The notes below the pieces were generated by a model. The model saw nothing but the letters and a program-made list of their open reading frames with translations. It was not told the DNA's origin and did no database searches. This document shows, piece by piece, positions 23,991 to 31,388 of a stretch of DNA of 34,439 nucleotides (position 1 is the stretch's first letter; every line of letters begins with the position of its first letter). Origin of the DNA: a virus (lineage: Duplodnaviria; Caudoviricetes); the IMG/VR virus record IMGVR_UViG_3300036783_000034, positions 1 to 34,439 of that record, one strand, 5' to 3'. The translations under genes were made by a program, and so were the position numbers.

Positions 23991-25928
23991 ATGAAGCTTG
24001 ACCGCGCATGTACGATCATGACGGTGAAAGCTGTGGATGAGGACAAACGGATAATTACCGGGATTGCCTCCACACCATCACCTGACCGTGACGGCGACAT
24101 TATGGACCCTGACGGCGCGAAGTTTGGTAGTGAAAACCCCTTTCTCTGGCAGCACGACAGAACCCAACCTATCGGGAACTGTTCTGCAAAGAAAGTGAAA
24201 GAGGGACTTCAGATCACGGCGCAACTTGTTAAACCAACATCTGACATGCCATCGCAGCTGGTGGCCAGGCTTGAAGAAGCATGGGCATCTATCAAATCAG
24301 GTCTTGTAAAAGGCCTCTCAATTGGCTTCAGGCCGATTAAATACGCCTTTCTGGACTCAGGCGGCATCCATTTTATCGAATGGGAACTACTTGAAGTCTC
24401 TGCTGTAACGATCCCGGCTAACGCCGAGTGCTCAATTCAAACGGTTAAATCTTTTGACCGCCAGTTACTCGCCGCGCTTGGCACTGAGAAACCGGTAGTT
24501 AAAAACATAAATTCTGCTGGCGCTTCAGCACTGAATAAATCTTCTCAAAAAGGAAAACCAACGATGAATATCGCTGAACAGATCAAAAGTTTTGAAAACA
24601 AACGTGCGGCGCTGGCTGGTTCACTGAACGAAATCATGAGCAAAGCTGCTGATGAAGGCCGTACTCTCGACGCAGAAGAAACGGAAAAGTACGACAATAC
24701 ATCTTCTGAAATAAAAGCAGTTGATGACCATCTTGGTCGTCTTCGCGATATGGAGTCCAGTATCGCTGCTTCGGCAAAACCGGTTATCAAGACAGCTAAT
24801 GGCGATGTGACAGTTGTAAATCAGGCACCCGCAGTCATTCGAGTACCTCCAAAACTGGAAAAAGGTATTGCGATGGCACGCTTCACCAAAGCTCTTGCAG
24901 CCGCTAAAGGTGTCCGCTCTGAAGCTCTTTCAATTGCGAAGAGCAAATACCCTGAAGATACCAAACTCCATCACGTTCTGAAGGCCGCTGTAGAAGCAGG
25001 GACAACGACTGACCCAGCGTGGGCAGGTTCCTTAGTTGAATACCAAGATTTCGCGAATGACTTTGTCGATTTCTTGCGTCCACAAACAATTATTGGCCAG
25101 TTTGGTGTTGGAAATATTCCTTCACTGCGCGATGTGCCTTTCAACGTTCGCATTCCAGTACAAACTTCAGGCGGTGCAGCGCAGTGGGTTGGTCAGGGTA
25201 AGGCCAAACCACTGACCAAATTTGATTTCTCAAACATCACATTTGGTTTCTCAAAAGTTGCTGCCATTTCTGTTCTTACAGAAGAGTTGATCCGCTTCTC
25301 TAATCCAAAAGCAGATGTTCTGGTTAGAAACTCTCTTGCTGAATCCGTTGTTGCACGCCTGGATACTGACTTTGTAGATCCTACGAAAGCAGAAGTATCA
25401 GGAATTTCCCCTGCATCTATCACTAATGGTGCGACAACAATTCCAAGCACCGGTGATCCTGATGCAGATAGCACTGCGGCATTTGAAGTGTTTATCAATG
25501 CAAATCTTCAACCTACTGGCGCAGTATGGTTGATGTCCAGTTCAACGGCGCTGGCCATCTCCAAGCGTAAAAACGCCCTTGGACAGAAAGAATATCCAGA
25601 CATGACCATGTTTGGTGGCACGTTTGAAGGCCTTCCAGCCATCGTTTCTCAGTATGTCGGAAATCAACTGATCCTGATGAACGCTCCAGATATCTATCTC
25701 GCTGATGAAGGCGGTGTTGCTGTAGATATGTCAACTGAAGCATCCCTGGAAATGGAATCCGAGCCTACTGGTGATAGCGTCACGCCAACGCCTGTCGAAT
25801 TGGTTTCCATGTGGCAGACAAATAGCGTAGCCATCCGAGCTGAGCGCTGGATCAACTGGAAACGTCGCCGTACTGCAGCTGTAGCAGTGATCAGTGGTGT
25901 TAACTACTCTTCCGGACAGACCAGCTAA
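23991..25928 (+). CDS. HK97-type prohead protease-major capsid fusion
   Basis: LWQHD, GLSIGF and EVSAVTIPAN protease motifs, then a coiled-coil delta domain and a capsid domain. Confidence 0.9.
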   Translation: MKLDRACTIMTVKAVDEDKRIITGIASTPSPDRDGDIMDPDGAKFGSENPFLWQHDRTQPIGNCSAKKVKEGLQITAQLVKPTSDMPSQLVARLEEAWASIKSGLVKGLSIGFRPIKYAFLDSGGIHFIEWELLEVSAVTIPANAECSIQTVKSFDRQLLAALGTEKPVVKNINSAGASALNKSSQKGKPTMNIAEQIKSFENKRAALAGSLNEIMSKAADEGRTLDAEETEKYDNTSSEIKAVDDHLGRLRDMESSIAASAKPVIKTANGDVTVVNQAPAVIRVPPKLEKGIAMARFTKALAAAKGVRSEALSIAKSKYPEDTKLHHVLKAAVEAGTTTDPAWAGSLVEYQDFANDFVDFLRPQTIIGQFGVGNIPSLRDVPFNVRIPVQTSGGAAQWVGQGKAKPLTKFDFSNITFGFSKVAAISVLTEELIRFSNPKADVLVRNSLAESVVARLDTDFVDPTKAEVSGISPASITNGATTIPSTGDPDADSTAAFEVFINANLQPTGAVWLMSSSTALAISKRKNALGQKEYPDMTMFGGTFEGLPAIVSQYVGNQLILMNAPDIYLADEGGVAVDMSTEASLEMESEPTGDSVTPTPVELVSMWQTNSVAIRAERWINWKRRRTAAVAVISGVNYSSGQTS

Positions 25929-25960
25929 ACAGGAGGGCGGGGGAAACCCCGCCATTTCAG

Positions 25961-26131
25961 ATGGCAAAAATCAGATACCTTCAGCGTACACATGACTCAT
26001 TGCCAGGAGATGAGAAAATTGTGAATGACCAGTGCGCAAAGGTGCTGGTTCTGCTGAATAAAGCGGAATACGTAACCGGCAAAAAAGCAGGGGTGCGTAA
26101 AAACAAAAAAGAAAACGCGGAGAATGGCTGA
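25961..26131 (+). CDS. 56-aa basic head-module protein MAKIRYLQRTHDSLPGDEK...
   Basis: Open frame filling the capsid-portal gap; stop overlaps the portal ATG; below the ORF-track cutoff. Confidence 0.65.
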   Translation: MAKIRYLQRTHDSLPGDEKIVNDQCAKVLVLLNKAEYVTGKKAGVRKNKKENAENG

Positions 26132-27468
26132 TGTGGAACCCTTTTAAACGGAAAGAGAAAGCCCTCCAGCAACCACCATCCAGCGTCTGGACTCCAATTT
26201 TTTCTTTCGTTCGCGAGCCATTTGGTGGGGCATGGCAGCGAAATATGGAAGTCAGAAACGAAACAGTTATGTCCTATCCGGCGGTGTTTTCTTGCATCAC
26301 TTTAATAGCCAGTGACATTTCAAAAATGTCTCCTTCTATCCAGGCTAAAGACTCCAACGATATCTGGAAAAATATTTCAGATAGTCAGTTTGAAAAGTTA
26401 ATAAGCAAGCCAAACCAGTTTCAAAACACCATTCAGTTCATGGAAACATGGATGAATTCTAAATTATCTCGTGGGAACACCTACGTGATGAAGGTGAAAA
26501 ACAGTGCTGGCCAAATTACTGAGCTTCGAGTTCTTGACCCTGATAAGGTCGTTCCACTTGTTGCTGATGATGGATCTGTATTTTACCAAATCAGCCCAGA
26601 TAAAATCAGTGGGCTTCCTGTTCAGGTTACAGTACCAGCACGGGAAATCATTCATGACAGATTTAACTGTCTTTTTCACCCTCTAATTGGAGTATCACCA
26701 ATTTATGCATGCGGAATGGCCGCGATGCAGGGGAAGCATATCCAGGAAAGCTCAGCTCAGTTCTTCAAAAATGGCGGGAAACCCAGCGGGATAATCACCG
26801 TTCCTGGTTCGCTAAACGAGGAAAAGGCAAAAGAGATTAAAACAGCTTGGGATGCAGGATACACCGGGGAGAATGCTGGAAAAACAGGCTTATTGACTGG
26901 CGGTGCGCAGTACCAGGCTCTGACCATGTCAGCTGTAGATGCTGACACTGTTGAACAGCAGAAACTTTCTGACCTGGCAATTTGTTCGGCCTTCCACGTT
27001 CCCGCTTATAAGGTGGGCATTGGTGACATACCCAGCTCAGACAACGTGGAGGCACTTGAGCAGCAATACTATTCACAATGTCTTCAAGTCCTTATTGAGT
27101 CAATTGAAGTGCTGCTAAAAGAAACATTTGATCTTGGAACAACAAAGCGCATTGAACTTGATATTGGCGCACTGCTTCGCATGGACAGCGAGCGCAGAAT
27201 GAAATCGCTGGGCGAAGGGGTGAAGAATACAATTCTGACGCCAAACGAAGCACGTAAACGTGAGAACCTTCCTCCTGTTGCTGGTGGTGATGCGCTTTAC
27301 TTGCAACAACAAAACTTTAGCCTTGACGCGCTTTCTCGACGTGATGCGCAGGATGATCCTTTCAGTAAAACAACTTCAGAACCTACACCTCCTGCTAAAT
27401 CAGCCATTTCACTGGTTGAAAAAGCGTTCGTTAAAACTTCATTGAGAGGGATTATTAACAATGGATGA
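26131..27468 (+). CDS. HK97-family portal protein
   Basis: PAVFSCITLIASDIS, GNTY, FFKNGGKPSG and TPNEARKRENLPP motifs. Confidence 0.92.
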   Translation: MWNPFKRKEKALQQPPSSVWTPIFSFVREPFGGAWQRNMEVRNETVMSYPAVFSCITLIASDISKMSPSIQAKDSNDIWKNISDSQFEKLISKPNQFQNTIQFMETWMNSKLSRGNTYVMKVKNSAGQITELRVLDPDKVVPLVADDGSVFYQISPDKISGLPVQVTVPAREIIHDRFNCLFHPLIGVSPIYACGMAAMQGKHIQESSAQFFKNGGKPSGIITVPGSLNEEKAKEIKTAWDAGYTGENAGKTGLLTGGAQYQALTMSAVDADTVEQQKLSDLAICSAFHVPAYKVGIGDIPSSDNVEALEQQYYSQCLQVLIESIEVLLKETFDLGTTKRIELDIGALLRMDSERRMKSLGEGVKNTILTPNEARKRENLPPVAGGDALYLQQQNFSLDALSRRDAQDDPFSKTTSEPTPPAKSAISLVEKAFVKTSLRGIINNG

Positions 27469-28363
27469 GCGCGAATTATCTATCATTCAGGCGATCGGTG
27501 AAGAGGTGAGGGATATCATCACCGCCATGAAGTCTCAGCTTGAAAGAGAAGTGAAGATTCTCGTCACCGATGCGGTGAAGGCCGCCGTGTCCGAAATTCC
27601 GGCACCGGTAGTTCCTGATCTGCCAGACGTTACGCAACTGGTCACAGATGCGGTGAATGCTGCTGTAGCTGATATTCCAGCACCGGTTGTGCCGGAGTTG
27701 CCAGACGTTACACAACTGGTCACCGACGCGGTGAAGGCCGCTGTGGCTGATATTCCAGCACCGGTTGTGCCGGAGTTGCCAGACGTTACACAACTGGTCA
27801 TCGACGCGGTGAATGCCGCTGTGGCTGAGATTCCGGCACCGGTAGTTCCAGAGTTACCCGACGTTCCTCAGTTGGTTGCTGATGCAGTTAAAGCAGCGGT
27901 TGACGAGATTCCCGAACCTATCACCCCGAGCGATGGGCGAGATGCCCTTCAAATTGAATTAGAACCCTGCATTGATGAAACTAAATCCTACCCGCGTGGA
28001 ACATATGCGACCCACAAAGGAGGGCTATGGCGTTCTTATCAGAAGACCGATGGAATGCGCGGATGGGAATGCATTGTAGACGGTGTTGCCGGGGTCAACA
28101 TCCAGCAGGATGAAGAACGTCTCTTCACTATCTCACTTCAAAAGGCCAGTGGACTCGTTGAAGTGAAAACCTTTGCTATCCCGGTCACCATTTACCGCGA
28201 TGTTTTCAAGGCCGGTAAAGAGTATGAACCAGGAGATACCGTTACATGGGCTGGCTCGCTATGGCACTGCAATGAAAAAACTGCAGATAAGCCTGGCGAA
28301 CCCGGAACAAAGGGATGGACGCTTGCAGTTAAAAAGGGTCGGGACCTGAGGGATAAACCATGA
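27461..28363 (+). CDS. Head-module protein with 26-aa repeats and CBM5/12-like C-terminal motifs
   Basis: About 4.5 repeats; SYPRGTYATHKGGLW and EYEPGDTVTWAGSLWHC. Confidence 0.7.
   Translation: MDERELSIIQAIGEEVRDIITAMKSQLEREVKILVTDAVKAAVSEIPAPVVPDLPDVTQLVTDAVNAAVADIPAPVVPELPDVTQLVTDAVKAAVADIPAPVVPELPDVTQLVIDAVNAAVAEIPAPVVPELPDVPQLVADAVKAAVDEIPEPITPSDGRDALQIELEPCIDETKSYPRGTYATHKGGLWRSYQKTDGMRGWECIVDGVAGVNIQQDEERLFTISLQKASGLVEVKTFAIPVTIYRDVFKAGKEYEPGDTVTWAGSLWHCNEKTADKPGEPGTKGWTLAVKKGRDLRDKP
27563..27919 (+). repeat. 78-bp coding tandem repeat, about 4.5 copies
   Basis: Units start at 27563, 27641, 27719, 27797 and 27875 (VTDAVKAAVADIPAPVVPELPDVTQL). Confidence 0.92.
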
Positions 28364-28686
28364 TCGAACTGGTAGACCTTGACGAAGCAAAGCTTCACCT
28401 TCGTATTGATGATGATTATGGCGATTCCGATCTTGAGATGAAAATACAAGGCGGAAGTGCTGCCATATTATCTTTCATTCAGGGAAGCCGTGATCTCGTT
28501 GTTGATAATGCCGGTGTTTTGGTAGAGGGAGAGCCTCTGAAGCGCTGCCAGACAGCCTTGCTTGTGTTGCTTGGCTATCTGGACAGGAACCGCGGCGGTG
28601 AGGAAGAAGAAAAACTGAAGCAGGGTGAACTTCCGTATGCCGTCACCATGCTGATTTATGACCTTCGAAGGCCGACAATTATTTAA
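28360..28686 (+). CDS. Head-tail connector (HK97 gp6-like)
   Basis: LVDLDEAKLHLRIDDD...ALLVLLGYLDRNR. Confidence 0.85.
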   Translation: MIELVDLDEAKLHLRIDDDYGDSDLEMKIQGGSAAILSFIQGSRDLVVDNAGVLVEGEPLKRCQTALLVLLGYLDRNRGGEEEEKLKQGELPYAVTMLIYDLRRPTII

Positions 28687-28695
28687 GGAGTTGAT

Positions 28696-28830
28696 ATGGC
28701 TTGTGTAGGTTGTGCCCGCCGCCGTGAATGGATAAAAAAATGGATGAAAAAAGCCTATGAACGAGCAACTCGCAACAGAACTCCTGGCAGCGCTCAAAGC
28801 CCAGACGGCAGCTCAGACAAAACAAACTGA
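28696..28830 (+). CDS. 44-aa CxxC peptide MACVGCARRREWIKKWMKKAYE...
   Basis: AAGGAG SD 5 nt upstream; below the ORF-track cutoff. Confidence 0.55.
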   Translation: MACVGCARRREWIKKWMKKAYERATRNRTPGSAQSPDGSSDKTN

Positions 28831-28957
28831 AGCTATTAACCGCCTGGCCAACTCTAATGAGTCACTTTGCAAATTAATTATGCAAACGCTAGCTGAAGAA
28901 GTTGAAGAGGATTATCTCCCTCAGCAAACTTACCTGAGTGACAGAAAAGTGAGGTAA
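28757..28957 (+). CDS. Hypothetical coiled-coil protein
   Basis: 66-aa helical ORF ending just before the head-closure gene. Confidence 0.6.
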   Translation: MNEQLATELLAALKAQTAAQTKQTEAINRLANSNESLCKLIMQTLAEEVEEDYLPQQTYLSDRKVR

Positions 28958-28959
28958 AG

Positions 28960-29292
28960 ATGAACCTCGGGAAATTGAAGCACAGGATAAGCATTGAACG
29001 CCGAACAGGTGTGCAAAATCCTGCAACCGGCGCTATGTCTTATTCTTGGCATAAAATTGCTGATGTTTATGCTGAAGTAATACCTGTCTCTGTCAAAGAG
29101 TTCATTACCTCTCAGGCCGCGAATGTTGAGTTAATTGCACGCATTAAAATTCGCTATCGGGAAGATATTCAGAATCAGGACAGGATTACTTTCCGTGGGA
29201 ATATCTACGCTGTAGAGGGAGTTCTTCCTGACCCTGATAGTGGGCTAGAATACCTTACACTCCCTTGCTCTCAGGGGGTGAAAGATGGCTGA
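28960..29292 (+). CDS. Head closure / head-tail adaptor
   Basis: GKLKHRISIE...IKIRYR...YAVEGVLPD. Confidence 0.85.
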   Translation: MNLGKLKHRISIERRTGVQNPATGAMSYSWHKIADVYAEVIPVSVKEFITSQAANVELIARIKIRYREDIQNQDRITFRGNIYAVEGVLPDPDSGLEYLTLPCSQGVKDG

Positions 29293-29770
29293 TGGTGTTG
29301 AGTTTAAGCTCGATGGGCTTGACTCGTTATTGGGCAAGCTTGATGCAATCAGCGATGACCTTAGGCGAAAAAGTGGGCGTTCCGCTTTGAGGAAAGCAGG
29401 AAATGTCATTGTTAACCAGATAAAGAACAATGCCTCGCGCCTGGATGACCCTCACACCGCTCGTAACATATCCGATAATGCTGCTCTCAGATGGAACGGA
29501 AAGGTATTCAAACTAACCGGAGACCTGGGCTTTCGCATTGGGATTCTTCAGGGGGCAGTACTTAAAAAACATCCAAGTATGTCCAAAGAAGCTCCTACAC
29601 CTCACTGGCGACTTCTGGAATTTGGTACTGAAAAGATGGCAGCAAGACCGCTTGTTCGCGCCGCCGCAAACTCTCGTCTCTCCGAGGTCTTCAACTCTTT
29701 TTCCGTTAACTATGAAGCCGGGATAGACAGAGCCATTAAGCGAGCTCAAAAAAAGGGAGTATCACCATGA
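29285..29770 (+). CDS. HK97 gp10-like tail completion protein
   Basis: HWRLLEFGTEKMAARPLVRAA. Confidence 0.85.
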   Translation: MADGVEFKLDGLDSLLGKLDAISDDLRRKSGRSALRKAGNVIVNQIKNNASRLDDPHTARNISDNAALRWNGKVFKLTGDLGFRIGILQGAVLKKHPSMSKEAPTPHWRLLEFGTEKMAARPLVRAAANSRLSEVFNSFSVNYEAGIDRAIKRAQKKGVSP

Positions 29771-30132
29771 TTCCACCGATATTTCCAGTTTGCTCGGCAA
29801 GCCAGGCGGTAACAGACCTTCTTGGTTCTGACCCGGTCAGGCTTTATCCATTCGGAATGCAAAATGACAATGTCATTTACCCTTATGCGGTATGGCAGAA
29901 CATCGGCGGTGAGCCAGAAAATTTCCTCAATCAGAGCCCTGACATTGACCGTTTTTCTTTACAGATCGACATCTACGGCAATACTGATGCTGAAGCTATT
30001 GCTGTAGCCGTGGCCATCAGGAACGCCATTCAGGATAAATCAAATATTACCCGATGGGGTGGCCAGATGCGCGACCCAAATACCAACCGTTACCGATATT
30101 CATTTGATGTCGACTGGTTTGTAAAACGATAA
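29767..30132 (+). CDS. Tail terminator (DUF3168-like)
   Basis: RLYP...YPYAVWQ...LQIDIY; located before the tail tube gene. Confidence 0.8.
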   Translation: MIPPIFPVCSASQAVTDLLGSDPVRLYPFGMQNDNVIYPYAVWQNIGGEPENFLNQSPDIDRFSLQIDIYGNTDAEAIAVAVAIRNAIQDKSNITRWGGQMRDPNTNRYRYSFDVDWFVKR

Positions 30133-30149
30133 ACCAAACCCTTCCACTC

Positions 30150-30176
30150 ACCGGCCTTGAGCCGGTTTTTTTATTT
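30150..30176 (+). terminator. Terminator-like hairpin before the tail tube gene
   Basis: ACCGGC-CTTGA-GCCGGT followed by a T run. Confidence 0.65.
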
Positions 30177-30188
30177 CCGGAGATAACT

Positions 30189-30686
30189 ATGTCAGTAGTG
30201 ACTCAAGGCACACAGATGTATGTGCTCGCGAATGGTGTCGTGAGCGAAATTGAATGTATCACTTCGTTCTCACCTGGAAGTAGCCCAGCTGATCAGATTG
30301 AGGATACCTGTCTCAGCGAACGAAGCACGCGACAGTACAAAAAGGGGTTGCGTACTCCTGGACAGGCCACCATCGCTCTGAACGCAGATCCAGCCAACGA
30401 CAGCCACCTGCTGTTAAGCAACCTTGCTGAATCAAACGACCAGCAGAATTTAACATTTGCGATTGGCTGGGCAGATGGTGAATCCGTTCCAACAGTGGCA
30501 ACTGGTAGCGATCCTGATGCGGTTGATGGTTTGGTTCTTCCAGACGACCGCACCTGGTATGTATTCCAGGGGTATGTGTCTGACTTCCCGTTCGACTTCC
30601 AGGCTAACACCGTTGTTCAGACATCGGCGACCATCCAACGTTCAGGACAGGGCGTATGGATCCCGAAAGCACAAACGACAAGCTAA
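30189..30686 (+). CDS. Major tail tube protein
   Basis: TQGTQ...ADQIEDTCL...GLRTPG...[12 protein letters not shown]. Confidence 0.85.
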   Translation: MSVVTQGTQMYVLANGVVSEIECITSFSPGSSPADQIEDTCLSERSTRQYKKGLRTPGQATIALNADPANDSHLLLSNLAESNDQQNLTFAIGWADGESVPTVATGSDPDAVDGLVLPDDRTWYVFQGYVSDFPFDFQANTVVQTSATIQRSGQGVWIPKAQTTS

Positions 30687-30738
30687 AAACATCACTAACC
30701 TGAGCGGGGGAAACCCCGCCTTTTGATGGAATGAAAAA

Positions 30739-31119
30739 ATGAAACTGACGCTCGACACGATTAAAAATGCAGGTGCATTTACGGGCCGCCCGGTAGAGAA
30801 AGAAATTGAATGGACCGACAAGGATGGAAACAAACATGTAGCCACCACTTATGTACGTCCAATTGGATATCATTCCGCAAAATTTGACATTCTTGCCTTG
30901 AGTGGAAAGTCAGACGGTGTTGCTGGTCGTATTGCCTCTTCCATTTGCGATGAGAATGGCGAGCCTGTTTTCACTCCTGACGATATTACAGGGCATGCTG
31001 ATCCTGAACGCGGCGCGCTGGATGGAAGTCTTACGATTGCCCTGCTCGTAGCAATTCAGGAAGTGAACTCTTTGGGAAAGGAGAACTCAGCGCAGAAGAC
31101 GAATTCTGGTGCGAATTAG
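30739..31119 (+). CDS. Tail assembly chaperone (gpG analogue)
   Basis: Located between the tube and tape measure genes; slippery GGGAAAG near its end. Confidence 0.85.
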   Translation: MKLTLDTIKNAGAFTGRPVEKEIEWTDKDGNKHVATTYVRPIGYHSAKFDILALSGKSDGVAGRIASSICDENGEPVFTPDDITGHADPERGALDGSLTIALLVAIQEVNSLGKENSAQKTNSGAN

Positions 31120-31385
31120 TCCTCAATGGCATCGGAGGAAGGACCATTGCTGAAGCCCAGGAGTCATTAAGCATAAGGGAATTTCAGATTTGGTCAGCGT
31201 ACCGTTCTAAATTTGGCAGCCTAAATCCAATGATGCGAACTGAATGGGCTGCCGGTTTGGTTGCTTCTGTGCTGGCAAATGCCAACCGGGGAAAAGACAC
31301 CCCACCTTTCAGCATCACCGACTTTACCCCCCACATCAACGCGCCCGCGATCACTCTCGAAGAGGCCATGAAGGAGTGGACATAA
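31074..31385 (+). CDS. gpT analogue reached by -1 frameshift
   Basis: G GGA AAG at 31074-31080; the -1 frame is open to TAA at 31385 (GKGELSAEDEFWCELVLNGIGGRTIAEA...MKEWT). Confidence 0.8.
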   Translation, partial: GKGELSAEDEFWCELVLNGIGGRTIAEAQESLSIREFQIWSAYRSKFGSLNPMMRTEWAAGLVASVLANANRGKDTPPFSITDFTPHINAPAITLEEAMKEWT

Positions 31386-31388
31386 ACT

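Noticed and set aside
27563-27919. Repeat array as CRISPR or DGR template
   Set aside because: Contiguous in-frame 78-bp units without spacers; no cas or reverse transcriptase genes in the window
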